A stretch of DNA of 64,000 nucleotides. Source: Azolla caroliniana. Lineage: Eukaryota; Plantae; Polypodiophyta. The DNA lies in the NCBI GenBank assembly GCA_043228905.1, contig JBHGNT010000009.1, positions 20,274,001-20,338,000 on the forward strand. The letters run 5' to 3'. Below, piece after piece: positions 40,574-54,981 of the stretch. Numbering within the stretch: position 1 is the stretch's first letter; each line of letters begins with the position of its first letter. Below the pieces are notes generated by a model. The model saw nothing but the letters and a program-made list of their open reading frames with translations, ran no database searches and was not told where the DNA came from. The translations under genes and the position numbers were made by a program.

Positions 40574-40741
40574 ATAGCATTGTCTCAAGGCAAGTTGCGT
40601 TGTGGAAAGTGAACTGTGAACCCATACTTATAGCATTGTCTCAAGGCAAGTTGCGTTGTGGAAAGTGAATTGTGAACCCATACTTATAGCAGTGTCTCAA
40701 GGGAAGTTGCGTTGTGGAAAGTGAATTGTGAACCCATACTT
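40574..40741. repeat. 56-bp tandem repeat x3
   Basis: atagcattgtctcaaggcaagttgcgttgtggaaagtgaa(c/t)tgtgaacccatactt starts at 40574, 40630 and 40686. Confidence 0.95.
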
Positions 40742-41545
40742 TTATAGGCAAACCAATACCAATGTACATTACTCCAAACTAAAACTATGAAGCCTTTTTT
40801 ATGATAAACCTAACAATGGTATTGTATTCAGTGCTTAGGTTATGGAAAATGAGCTGGAACCCCATATTTTACAATCAAACCAATGTCAATATTATTTTAT
40901 ATAAGCAATAATGTAAGTCGATGACTTATAAAAAGACAATGCTTCACCAAAATGATATTACAAAGAATACAAGTCTATTCTGTTTGTAGTGTCAATCCTA
41001 TCTTGTAAGTTGTCAATATGTAGTGACATTGAATAGTTCAAACCCTAGGGGAATTGAACCCCATTAAGCAACCAATCTATGCTAGGGCTTACCTAGGTCA
41101 AACATTAGTGGTAACAGGTTCGATTAGAATCAATTGAAAAACATAATCTGATAGCATCCAATCAAGTCCACAACTAGGCTAAATGTCCAAATTGGAATAC
41201 TTCAAATAAGCATATCTTTTGCAGTACAATAAATGATTCAGGTGTTCACTTCGGTGATGAAAAAAGGAAACCATTACCACCGAGTACATACTTGAATTGA
41301 AAATGGCTTCCAAATGGAATCAAAGAAGAAACAAAATTAAAAGGGACATCTTAGACTTAGAATGTAAAGAAAAGTGCAAACTAGTTTTAGGATTAGTACA
41401 CCAATGCAACTAGCAATCAGACGATACATCAATACTCACCTCTGGAATGTCATGACGACAAATGGTTTTAGGATTACATATGTTAATGTATCTGTGCTCC
41501 ATTAGAATTACAAATGTAAAGCACTCAGATTATAAATAGATACTC

Positions 41546-41740
41546 TCTCACATGTGCCAAAAACCAGATTCTCTAGTCTCTTTTCTTTTCATCTTATTTA
41601 CTTTTATACTTACTGTGTAATATTTACTTTATTTTGATTTGTTCTCAAAGATGAGAAAACACTTAAGATGTATCTCTTATTTGGTCTTATAGGCCATTTT
41701 GGCCTCTTAAAAGACGTTAATATATCTCTGTTTCTTTCTG
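41546..41740 (+). mobile_element. LINE 3'-end fragment
   Basis: Matches the 3' UTR of 54800-55012 and 63870-64000, and ends in a (CTTT)-like tail. Confidence 0.9.
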
Positions 41741-42374
41741 CTCTGGAAAGGCAAACTAGTTTTAGGATTTGTGTGTCAATGCAACAAGTAATCAGATTAT
41801 ACACAAATACTCGCCTCGGGAATATTGCAGCAACAGATGGTTTTAGATTACATATGTTAATATACCTGTGTAATAGAAATAAACATGTAAAGCACTCAGA
41901 TCATTCAATACTCTACTCTGGAGAAATGTATGCAGGTACTTACGACAGGCATGGTATTCTCACCCTGGAATACAATATTGTGTTCAACAAGTTACATGTT
42001 ACAACTTACGCAACTTTAAAAGTGGCATCTGGCATCTATAAATAAATCATAATAGAATACCAAATCTTGATATAAGATAAAGCATTAGTGCACACACCTT
42101 TGTAAACTTCGACCATATCATAGTCCTGCATCAATGCTTGGGTCATACATGGCAAGCTTGAAGGGTGGTGAGAATCTGAGGAATGTAATTATCTCATTAC
42201 TCACATTCTGCTCAGATCAAGTCAACCCTGTTTGGAAACTCCCTGGTCTACCGCTCAGGCACATTCGCAACACTTGTTGATGAGAAGGGACTTACATTTG
42301 ATTGACATTTCAAGAATAAGTTATGATCTGCTATATTTTGGAGCATATCTGAATGGATACTCGGCCTGTGTTTG

Positions 42375-45300
42375 TCATGGTTCATACCTGAATGCATTTT
42401 TTCTTGAAAGAGGAGGCTGTAAGCTGGCAATATTCGAGCTGCTGGTTGGATTATTATGTCCCCAGTATCTGAATGCATTCTTTCTTAAAAGAAGTGACTG
42501 TAAGGACAAAATATTCAAGCTTCTTCCCGGATTATTATATCCCATATCCCTTTTTTCTCTTCCAGAAATCTGAGGAGAACGGTTAAACCTTTTATCTTGT
42601 TTCTTGTTGTCAACCCTAGAAGTGTAAAACTGCTGTAATTCGCTTGGCACATTTGAAGTAGAGTTTCTCTGATAATCTGATAAAAGAGCTGCCTCATCAC
42701 TCGTATTCCATTCATACATCCTTATCTCACTCTCATTTGGCTCAATCGAATCAAAGTCTCGCATTGATTCTTGGGTAGCAGTTATGCAGCTATCCGTGGA
42801 TGTACCTACCTCATTGCTAGATATAACCTCACACTCATTCTGCTTGATCGAATCAAACCCTTGCATCAAGTGCTGGGTAGTACTTTGCCACCTTTTCCAA
42901 TCATCTGTGGATGTACCAACCTCATCGGTGAATATAAACTCGCTCTCATTCGGCTCCATCACATCAAAGTCTCGCATTGATGTTCGGGTAGTATTTGGCT
43001 GGCTAGAAGTAGAAGTTCTCCAATTATACCTGGATGTATCTACCTCATTGGTGAATATAACCTCGTTCTCAATCGGCTCCGTCACATGAAAGCTTTGGAT
43101 CGATACTCGGATAGTACTTGGCCTGCTTGAAGTAGAGTTACTCCAATCATCTATGCATGTACTTACATCATTACTGAATATTACCTCGCTCTCATTTGGT
43201 TCTATCATGCCAACGTCTTGCTGGCTTGAGGTACACTTTTTCCAATTATCCTTGGACGCATCTACCTCAGAAGTTATGTTCCACTCAGACCTTCCTATAA
43301 CCTCTCTCTCATTTGGCTCCATGATAAAGTCTCCAATTGGCACTTGGGTAGCACTTGGCCAACTAATAGTAGAGTTCCCCCAATTATCCGTGGCTGTGCC
43401 TACCTCATTGCTCAAGTTGCACTTCGACCTCCCTATAACCTTGCTCATCGTCACCGAAGTCGATTTATTTGGCTCCATTAAATCAAAGGCTCTCACTGGT
43501 GTGCTGGTAGCAAACGAGTGGCGGGAAGTCGTATTTCTCAGGCGACTACTTTTAGATGAATGGGATACAGACAAATCTCTTTCAAAACCTGAAAATGCAG
43601 CTGGGTCCTCATCATCCCTCTCCATGATGATCCTTGATTTCCTTCCCTTTGCAGAGATAGATAGTTCTTCATCAGACATCATTACGCTAGATTCTCTTAT
43701 CTCAGAAAAAGCAGGAGTGGGATGTCTACTATCTCCGTCATTTCCTAACACTAATTCTGTTTCCATACCTTCTGACTGTGTACTTCTGCATGGAAGGTTG
43801 AAAGTTGAGTTTCTCTGATCATCAGAGAGTATTGCATCATCTTCCTTTTCCATACTCATCTTTGACTTCCTGCTCCCTGAAAAAGTTGGAGCTTGTGGCT
43901 GCTCTAATTGAACACCATCAAATATCTGCACTAAGTTAGTTGGCTTCCCAGAATGGGAGCCAGACGAAGCCCTTTCATAATCAAAAGATGCATCCAGGTC
44001 CTCATCATTACTCTCCATGATGATCCTTGATTTCCTTCCCTTTGCAAGGACGTGTGGTTTTCCATTAGTGCCCATGAACCCCAATTTCCTTTCCTCAGCA
44101 AAAATGGGCACAGTGGATTGACTGTTTCCTTCATCTCCAAACACAATCTTGGATCTTACTTCGTCTGACCATGCCACTGCCAAAGTTTGATTATCCTCAA
44201 TAATACTGAATCTGCGCATTGATCTTCCAGTAGTACTGCTCAGCTGGCTAGAAGTCAACTTTCTATGATAATCAGAAGGTGTGGCATCCTGCTCCCTTTC
44301 TAGGCTCATCCAAGACTTTATGAGTGTTGGCGGTTGTAGGTGTTCTAGTCTAGCACCATCTAACCTTTGCATTGAGCTAATTGGTATTGCTGAATGGGTG
44401 ATAGACAAGCTTGTTTGCCAATGTGATGACATAGGGTCCTCACTTTCCTCATTAAAGCTTCCAATGGCTTGTGGGACAGCCATCGGTCCGCTGCTGACAG
44501 ATGATGCATTCTTATATGGTGATGATGCATCTTCTTCACTTTCAAAACTGATCTTGTACTTCTTACTCTCTGACAATCTTGGAGATTCTTGTGAAGCACT
44601 ATCAAAACTTGGCAATGAGCAACGTGATCTAGTTGGCTCAGAAGCAAACAAGATCCTTTTATAATCTAAATATGCAACTGGATTCTCATCCCTCTTCATT
44701 AGGTAACTTGTTTTCCTTCCTTCTCCTGAAAAAAACGAAGCAGATGGCTCCTTATCCACGTCAATGACCATTGAATTTTTCCCATGAACTGCCATAATGG
44801 AGCTGGACGCAACTTGAGGCTCTTTCTCCTGCACAATGAGCCTTGGTTTGTCTGTCTCTCCTGCAATCTTGGGGCCATATGGCTCCTCATTCTGAGAAAT
44901 AGACCTTGAATCTCTTCCCTCTCCTGCGAAAGTGGGACCAGATGGTTCCTCATTTACCGAAGTAGAACCTGGCTTTATTCGTTCTCCAGCAAATGTGGGA
45001 GAAGATTGCTCCATGAAACTTGACTTTCTTTTTTGCAACTCCTCATCCCTCACATTATAGCTTGATTTTTTTTCATCACCAAAGACAGACGCCAATGAAC
45101 ATTGAAGATTCTTGTTATGGACATTGTGAGTGGATTTTCTTCCCTCTGCATGTGATAAGCTTTCTGAGAACCTGTTCCCAAGGCCTTGAACATCATTCTC
45201 TTTTGAATAACTTCCACTATGGTGTGAAGTGGATGATCCTGATCTTGGGTTGGGCTCATGTTGTGAACTTTGTTCTCCCTGAGAATTCCCTGGATTCAAT

Positions 45301-48300
45301 TTCTGCATAGACTCCATACTACTCCGACCCTGATACATGGAACCCCTTTCTCGTAAGTATGGATTCGATTGATCTTTTGCTGTCATCAGTTCATTTGTTG
45401 ACCACCTTCTTTTAACATTTCTTGTATCAGGTCCAACATAGTTTGCAGTATTCTTGAGTTCCTGTATACTATTTCTGAACATAGGTTCTTCCATCAGTAC
45501 TGGGATAGACATCATTGCAGTGTCTGTTTCTTGATTGAGATTCATTTCATACTCAACCAAACCAATTGATTGTGAATCTGGGTTAGGATGACTATATGCA
45601 CCGATATTAAAACCTTTGCTGGGATATCTAGGCATGTTTTCTCTAGGTTCAACACTCCCTAGTGCATCATTTGCAACCTGATTTTGATCCATTGATTGCA
45701 TTTGGAATTTTCTATCTGAAGAAAACTGCTGTATTTCTAATGACTTTCTGACAGAAGATCTGCTGTTCATTTCAAAGTGCGAAGTTTCTTGAAATTGGTT
45801 CCGGGAGTTTCTCTTCAGAGAAGTGTGTCTGGCTTCAGAATGTAACTGCTGAGGGGTATTAGGAGTCCCAGATTGCGACTTCCTTTGGTCGGTCCTCTGC
45901 GCATCTCTCAGATCCATACAGACGTGATTGGAAGTCTGTTGTGTATTGCCCTTTACTTCTTGTAACATTTGAACCGAATCATCTTCTGGAAGGCCACTGA
46001 TTTCTTGTTGAAGCGAAAATACAATTGGATTAGGTTGATGATTGTTATTCTCGTTCTTACTCTGTGTTCCAGAAAATGGTGCTACATCTTGATAATCTCT
46101 GCTTCCTTTTCTAATGTGTCTTATATCTGTACCATTTGATGTAGAAACCTGCGAACTCACTCTATATTTCACATCATACGGATTTGTTTCATGTTTCCAT
46201 TTAGGACCATTTTCACAAGTATATTCCACGGAAAAAGAAGGTGATGCTGACATTGAAGTGGCTTTCATTGATGGCTTGATCATCATTTGGAAGTCTCCCA
46301 TCCATGCTTGGGTCATATTCAGTTGGCCAGAAGTTGGGTTTTTCTGGTAAGATGAGGGTGTACTATCTCGTTCCCTCTCAAGAGGCCTGCTCTCTGAAAA
46401 TTCGGGAGTATGTGGGTGCTCTAGTTCCACAGCAGAAAATCTTAGCATTGGATTACTTGACCTCACTATACAAGAGACAGGCAGACCCCTTTGATAATCT
46501 GATGACATCATGGCATTCTCATCATCCTTATAAATGATGATCTTTGATTTTCTTCCGTTTGCAAGAATGGGATCTGATGGAGGATCTTCAGCTTCTTTAT
46601 CTATGGAAACAAAAGTAGATTTCCTTGCTTCCAACTCTGCACCTACTGCTAAACTCTCACTCTCAATTAGCTTGTTCATATCAAAGCCACGCATCAATAT
46701 TTGGTTAGTAGTACTAGGCTGACCAGGAAGCTTGGACTTTACTCCATCTTCAGGTGATAAGGTGTGTGGTGTGTTACCTTCCTCTGACTTGCACATCTGT
46801 AAAATTTGGTTTCTCATTGAAATATCTATACATGAGAACCTGTTATCAGGGCCTTGAGCAACACCCTCTTCAGAATTACTTGGAATCTGGGGTTGATTAG
46901 AAAATATGGGAACTATTCCCACCGGGTAGAACTCATCTTGCAAACTTGATTCTCCTTCAGAGTTCATTACACAGAATTCCTGTGTAGAGCTGGTATTACT
47001 CCGACCCTGGTACACAGATTTTCCTTCTGCATATATTTTAGGTTGCTTATTAGCTGCAGTAGCCTGAATATTGATTCTAGATGCAGGTTCCTCATTTTGT
47101 CCCAGTTCCATATACATAGACTTCCTGGCAATACCTTTTGCTGCATCTGGGTTTGTTTCATACTCTACCGATTTGCTTGATTGTAAATCTGAAATAGGAT
47201 GGCCATATAAAGCAATGTTAAAGTCTACATTGTGGTTCATAGGTTTCCTTGATCTAGGTTTGACATTGTCCATTCCATCAGCTGCGAACTGATTTGGATC
47301 CTTTGAGTGTATTTGGGATTTTCTGTATGATGTGCATGGCTGTACTTGTTTGATCAACTTTTGAACAGAAGATCGTCTTTCCTGCAAGTTCTTTCTCAGA
47401 AATGAGTATCTTGCTTCAGATAATAACTCCTGAGACGTATCACATATCCTTCTTGGTATGTCTGTCCTTTGTTCATCTCCACCATGCGCTCTTGAGACAC
47501 CTGAATCTTCCTGTCTATCATCCTCTCCTTTCAACATTTTGACCAAGTCATTATTTGGAAACTCTCTGATTTCTGTTAAAGGAAAAAATCTGATGTTAGA
47601 TTTATGAGAAGAACTAACTTAGAATGATTTACAATTATGTTGGCAATTTGATATGCATTGTTACCATCAGTTTTACTCTGCATTCCAGTAACCGGTGCTA
47701 TCTCTGGATAATACCTGCTTGCTTTTCTGGATTGCCTTCTATCTGCATCAATTAACGGATAAGGTTGCAGGCTTGTTATATGTTGTACCACATATAGATT
47801 TCTTTCCGATTCTGGTATAGAACCATTTTCAATAGAATCTTGCACACAAAAGACAGATGATTCTGGTAGCAAAGTGCCTTTCATCAATGGCCTGACCATA
47901 TTAAAGTCTCGCATTGATGCTAGGGTAGTACTCAACCGGTTAGACATTCTGGAAGTTGGGTTTCTTTGGTGATCCAAGAGTGCAGTGTCATCTTCTTTGT
48001 TTTCAACACCTATGCTTGCTCTCCTGCTCTCCAAAAGTTTTGGATCTTGTAAGTGCTCAACTTCAACACATCTACTTGGATTGGCTGAACAAGCGGCAGA
48101 TAACCCCATTTGATGATCCAAAGATGGAGGTAGATTCTCTTCAATCCTTGATTTTCTTTCCCTTGCTAGTACAGGTAGTGGTTCTTCATTGTCAAAAAAT
48201 AACTTTAATTTACTTCCCTTGGCAAGAAGTGAGGTCAGTGCAGAACTTTCTGCTTCTTCATCTCCGGAAACAGACCTTGATTTTGTTCCCTCAAACTGGG

Positions 48301-51300
48301 TAACTACTGCCAGGGCCTCGGTCTCATTAAACTTCATCTCATCAAAGTCTTGAACCAATAGTTTGGTAATAGAACTTGGATGTATGTGAGTTGAGTTTTT
48401 CTGATAATCTGAGGCACCTTCCCTTTCCATACTTATTCTTGATTTGCTGCTCTCCAAAGTGCTTGGAGCTTGTGAGTACTCTTGTTGGACATCATCAACG
48501 CTTTCCATTGATCTATTTGAACTAGGTAAAAAAGCAACAGACAAGCCCTTTTGAAAAACTGATGATGCAGGGGTGATCATTGACATCCTGTTCTCTGAAA
48601 ATCTGGGAGCTTTGTATGGAGAACAATCAGAACTTGCCATGGAGCTACTTAATCTCATTGAATCAGTGTCAAGAAGGCTTCTTTGATATTCTGAAGATGC
48701 AGCTTCGTCATTTTCTCTCTCCATGAGAAACTTTGATTTCCTTTCATCTGCAAGATTTAGACCAGATGGCTCCTCATCTCTGTCAATGACCTTTGATTTT
48801 CTCCCCTCTGTTGCCTTCATGGAGAAATTTACGATTTGCAATGGTGCATCTGCCAATTCCGCTTTTACAATACACTCTGATTTTCTTCCCTCTCCCGCAA
48901 AACTGGGTGCAGAAGTTTGATCATCCTGCACAATCAACTCTGATTTTCTTCGCTCTCCCTCAAAACTGGGAACAGATAGCTCATCATGATGTGAAATAAA
49001 ACTTGATTCTCTTCTTTCACATAGAAAACTGGTGGCAGTTGGTCTTCGTAGCTCCTTATCCTGCAACATGAAGCTTGATTTGCTTTTGTCAGCTGTAAAC
49101 ATAGGGGAAGAAGAGCACTCCTTATTCTGCACAATAGCCTTTGATTTTCTCCCCTCCATAAATGCGGGGGCAGATGTCTGCTTTTCTTGCAAAATGTCCC
49201 TTGGTTTTCTTCCATCTGCTGCAAAAATAGTGGCAGATGACACCCCATACTGCAAAGCTGATTTTCTTTCTTGTGACGTATCCCTAACACCAAGCCTTGA
49301 CAGCTTTCCTTCCATATATTCAGAACCCAACAAGCTTTGCCAGAATTCTTTATTTACACTTAATGTGGACTTTCTTTGCTCTAAATGCAATGAGCTTTGT
49401 GAGATATGGGCTTCTGTCGACTTATGCATCTGTCCAAATTGGTTTCTCCTTGAAATAACCTCGTCTGAGAGCCTGTTACCAAGGCCTTGAACATCACTCT
49501 CTTCAGAGTAACCTCTTGTTTGGTTTGGACCGTATGACTCTGATCTTATATCAAATGGGTTGGACTTATCTTGCATACTTGATTCTACATGTTGGGTAAT
49601 GTTTGTCACTAGTTCATTTTTTGGCTGACTTATGTCATTTATTGTGTCAGGTACGCTATAGTTTGCAGTACCCTTGTGTGCCTGTATACTGATTCTGGAT
49701 GCAGAATGTTTACTCTTCACTGGTTCCATACACATTGACTTCCTGGCAATACCTGTTTCTGGATTGTAATCCATTTCATTTTCTACCAAATCACTTGATT
49801 GTAAATGTGGACTAAGATCTGCAGGTATGCTTTCTCTAGGTTCAGCATTCATCATTCCATCAGCCGCAACCTGATGTTGATATAGTGGTTGCCTTTGCGA
49901 TTGCATATATGAAGAAAATGGTTGTCCTTGTTGCCTCGACTTTCTAGCAGAAGATCTATTTTTGCTTTCATATTGCATCATGTCTTGCATTTGCTGCTCT
50001 GAGTGTTTTATCTGACAGGGGTATCCTGCTTCAGAAGATACCTGCTGAGAGGTATCAGATGTCCCAGATTGGCCAGGTTGCCCTTTGGCACCACTGATAT
50101 CCACAAGTGAGGCAATGAAGTGTTGGTGTGTGTTGTCCTTTTCTTTGGTCATTTTGGCAGAGTCATCACGTGGCAGATCTCTATTCTCTGGTTGAACTGT
50201 GCATGCAATTTGATTAGGCTGACAAGAAGATCCAAGCTTAACTAAGCTTTTATGGTTTTGTAACACATTATTACTATCATCCTTATCCTGAGTTCCATAA
50301 AATAATACTACATCAGGATAGTCTCTGCTTCCTTTTCTAGATTGTCTGCTATCTGCATCATTCAAAGGATAATATTTTTGGTTCCCTCTATGTTGTACGA
50401 CATTTGGATATGTTTGATGTTCGGATATAGAAGTGTTTTCATAAGGAACTTGCACATCAAATAACCATGATGCTGCCATTGAAGTGTCCTTCATTTCTGG
50501 CTCAATCGTATTAAAATCTTGCATTGATGCTCGAGTAGTTCTTGGGCAGTGTGAAATTGAATTTCTTTGGCAATTCGGAGATTGCGGAGTATCTTCTTCC
50601 ATGTTTATACTCATCCTTGAATTCCTGCTATCAGCAAGCCTTGGATCTTGTGTGTGGTCATGTTGAACATTATCAAAGCTTTGCAGTGAGCTGCTTGACT
50701 CAACTGGATGGGAAACAGAAAAGCTCCTTCGATAATTACAATATGCACCAGAGTCCTCGTCATGCCTCTCCATGATGCTCTTTGACTTCCTTCCCTCTGC
50801 AAGGGAAAATGGCTTTTCATCACTCATCCTGACATTTAATTTCCTTCCCTCAGCAAGAATATAGGTTCCTGAAGGACTTTCTACTTCATCTCCAAGGACC
50901 AACCTTGATTTCCTTCCCTCCGACTCTGCAACTCTTAAGATGGCCTTGCACATATTTCTCTTGTTCATTTTGAAGCCGTGCACTGATGTTTGGTTCGGAG
51001 AACGCAATTGCTGGGAAGGCAAGCTCCTCTCATAATCTGAGGGTGCTACAGCAGCACCTTCTTCCATTTCCATAGTCATTCTTGACTTGCTGCGTTCTGA
51101 AAACCTTGGAGTTTGTAATTGCTCTGGCTGAATGCCATCAAAGCTTTTCATTGAGCTATTTAACCTGGTTGGCTTGGTGGCAATCGTGAAGAATCTTGAT
51201 TCCTTTCCTTCTTCTGAAATATTTGGCGCAGATAGTTCCTCATCCCTGTCCATAAACATTGAGTTTCTCCTCTTTTCTGCCATCATGGATCTGGGTGTGA

Positions 51301-53116
51301 TTTGTAACTCTTTGTCCTGTAGAATAAACCTTGATTTTCTTGACTCCTCTTCGAAAATGGGAGCACATGGCTCCACATCCTGTGAAATGAGACTTGATTT
51401 TCTTCCTTTCATTGCAAACCTGGGGTCAGATGGATCATGTGGCTCCTCAGCCCGAAATATGAGCCTTGATGTTCTGCCCTCTACAGCAAGAATAGGGAGG
51501 AGTTCTTCATCCTGAATTATGAACCGTGAGCTACTTTCTTGTGCCTCCTTATTCCTCATACCAGACTTTAATTTCCTTTCTCCTCCATATACAGCAGCTG
51601 AGGATTCCGTAGGGTCAGCTGCAAGCTGATTGGGATCCACTGATTGCACCTGTTGTACTTGTTTTATTGAATTTCTAATAAATGATCTGTTCTCCCTTCC
51701 AGATTGTGGCATTTCTTGAAATTGCTCCATCGAGCTCTTTACCAGAGAAGAGTATCCTGTATAGAAAGATAACTGCTGAGAGGTTCGATGTGCGTCATAT
51801 TGCTTGGTTACTGAGTTTTCCAGCAATTGATTGCTGCCATCCACTGTCTCTAAAAATTCGGAGGCATTGTGTTTGTTGTTATCTTCTACTTCTTTCGATA
51901 TTTCAACAAAATCATTATCTGAGAGATCCCTGATCCCAGGTTGGCCAACTTGATTAGTTTCAAGCTTAAGAATGCCTCCATGATTCAGCAGTGTATTGTT
52001 GGCGTCATCCTTACTCTGAGTTCCAGAAAATGGCACTAAAGCTGGATAGTCTCTGCTTCCTTTTCTAGATTTGCTCCTATCTGCCTCATTTGATGGGTAA
52101 GCTTGCTTGATTGTTTCAGGTTCTGATATAGAACCATGTTCATAAGGATCTCGCATATGAAAGAAAGATGATTCTGACCTCAAAGTTCCATTATTTGATG
52201 TCTTAAAGCTTCTTCTTCTCTGTAGGAGTGCTGAATCCTGCCTTATCTGCACTACTCTACCATGAAAACCTTCTCTGGTACTGTTGGTAGAGGGTCCAAG
52301 TGTTGCTCTTCTTAGAGTGATCGCTTGTGATTTATTATTATAATTGCTTGACCAAGTTGTATTTGTCCCCTTATATTTTATGGCATGCCTGAATGCATTA
52401 TTTTGTGGAAGTGATGAACATAAACAGAGATCATTGAAGCTGCTTCTTTTTCCTCGTCTTGGATTCCAATACCCCCAGTCCCTTCTCGCTCTTCGACAAA
52501 TACATCTTGTAGGTGAAGAGGCATAAAACGTTTTTCTTTTTCTATTGTTGCTAAAGCTAAAACTGTAAAATTCTTGTAGTTCACTAAACACAGTCGACGC
52601 TTTAATATGCCCAAGTAAAGCCTCTAGTTCATAGAGTGATTCTGCAAGGCAAATCCTTGCTCTAGTAAAGGGTTTCTTGAGAATCATTAATTGAGTGGAC
52701 TGGTTCGGTGTGACGAAAAGCTGACCATGCCTTTGTATTTCTACGGGCTTTTGCCCTCTATTCGCATCTTCTTGATTCTTTCTATGTTGCAGATGCATGC
52801 TTGACATTTCATGTTTTGTCACAAGAACTCCATCTATAGGATCTTTTGTCGGAACCACTTGATACGTTAAGTTCATTGTCAAAAAATTATGTTCTGTTTT
52901 GTGGTAGCAAATAATGAATAAAATCAGTTTTCGTATATTTACTTTGCACATACCCATGCCACTCCAAATGCTAGAACAATTTATGGTGTACAAATAGTGT
53001 TCACCCCATATTACAATAAGAGGCGTAACAAAAATGCACGTTAACAAGCCTCTTATCCATGATATTGCATCCACATATAATCAAAGAGAGCACAAGAAGA
53101 GATCAATCGACTTACC
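42375..53116 (-). CDS. Giant paralog of the 5533-11823 gene: ~3460-aa disordered RKS-repeat protein; main exons 52857-47665 and 47572-42375; 5' structure unresolved
   Basis: Two ~5.2-kb stop-free frames. The head LFVTPNQSTQLMILKKPFTRARICLAESLYELEALLGHIK aligns with LIVTPEQARQLSMLKKPVSRARLCLADSLSELEALLGHIK. A phase-compatible 92-nt GT-AG intron links the two frames. A candidate upstream exon ends at 53116 (GTAAGT donor, phase 1). A frameshifted allele or pseudogene cannot be excluded. Confidence 0.65.
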
Positions 53117-53282
53117 ATTTCTTATCCATGCATATTGCATCATCCAAAGGGCATGAGAAGAGATTGATTGAGCTATCATTACTTCTCCATCAAAAGGGTC
53201 AAATAAGATCAGGCCATAGCAATGTGTCTGGCACATAGGCCACGTCCATCTGGGGCCCACAGCCCCATCAACCTTGTTATCA

Positions 53283-53700
<418 letters not shown>

Positions 53701-53729
53701 AAAAGCCAAACACACAAATACTAATTAGG

Positions 53730-54981
53730 TTATTTTAGTTCAGTCTCAAAAATGTGACAAGTTTACAATGTAATCTCTTGTTCAGTTTCATTGGCCATTT
53801 TGAGCTCTTAAAGAGGTCAATTTGTCGTGCACGTAGGCCCCGGACCCATGTACCACGACCTCAGCACCCTTGTCATCGAAAGATAAAGGCCATTATCTCC
53901 CGCCATCGCAAGTGCTGCCCTCGCTTCGGAGACCTCTCCATTCTGGATCGACCTATGCTAGAGATTTTTCCAAGGCAAAAGTTGCAATATATCTAACTTA
54001 AAAATCTCACATGTGCAGAAACCAAATTCCCTCATCTGGTTTTTTTTATTATCTTACCTACTCTTATATTTCCGGAGTAATACTCATTTTAATTTGATTT
54101 GTTGTTCTCAAAGAAAAGACAACACTTAAGATGTAATCTCTTGTTTGTTCTTATAGGCCATTTTGGCCTATGCGCTGCGTAGTGTGATAGGGCAGCTAAG
54201 AACTTCATCACATCAGATACAGATTGAGGTAGGCAGATATACACGACTACCTCTAGAAGAGAGAATTTGCCAATTGTGTCATCAAGGAGTGGAATCTGAA
54301 GAACACTATGTTTGTCATTGTAGTGCCTTTTATGAAATCAAAGGGAGATACCATTGCCTCTTTAAACAAGGCTTTGGCCCACTATGCAAAGTAATGGAAT
54401 ATGAGGACCAACAATGCCTAGGACTTTTCTTGCTAGAGCTCAAGAGACATCGGGAAAAGTTATTGAAGAATACAGCCACACAAGCTCATCCACAAAGAAC
54501 AATCACAACTTTCTTTAGCCCCATCACTCCCACTAATCCTACAAGTCCATCACAGGATACACAAATGGGCTCCAGACCAGGACATAACGAAGGGGTTACA
54601 ATCGATCGGGCAATGGCAATTTGCCGTGCACGTAGGCCCCGGCCCCATGGACCACGACCTCGACACCCTTGTCATTGACAGATAAAAGCCATTATCTCCC
54701 GCCATCGTAGGTTCTTCCCTCGCTTCGGAGACATTTCCATTCTGGATCGATCTATGCTAGAGATCTTTCGAAGACAAAAGTTACAATATACCTAACTTGA
54801 GAATCTCACATGTGCCAAAAACCAGATTGCCTCGTTTCTTCTCTTTTCATCTTATTTACTTTTATATTTACTGTGTAATATTTATTTTATTTTGATTTGT
54901 TCTCAAAGACAAGACAACACTTAAGATGTAATCTCTTATTTGGTCTTATAGGCCATTTTGGCCTCTTAAAAGACTTTAATA

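Noticed and set aside
20178-40741. 42-, 184- and 56-bp repeats and ggtcgcccaacc arrays as CRISPR-like arrays
   Set aside because: No unique spacers of regular length, no cas genes, eukaryotic context. They are tandem or subterminal TE repeats.
41376-41914. ~170-bp direct repeats flanking the LINE fragment as a giant TSD
   Set aside because: The two copies look more diverged from each other than the LINE fragment is from its family, so the duplication probably predates the insertion.
52858-53074. Hydrophobic N-terminus (MDAISWIRGLL...) of the 1832-aa ORF as a signal or transmembrane segment
   Set aside because: Non-ATG start, no homology to gene 1, and it lies between a GTAAGT donor (53115) and a candidate acceptor (52858), so it is probably intron.
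5533-53116. ARKS/ARKST as histone H3 K9/K27 mimics functionally linked to neighbouring JMJ30
   Set aside because: ARKS is a minority variant of a general xRKS repeat, and gene adjacency in plant genomes is weak evidence.
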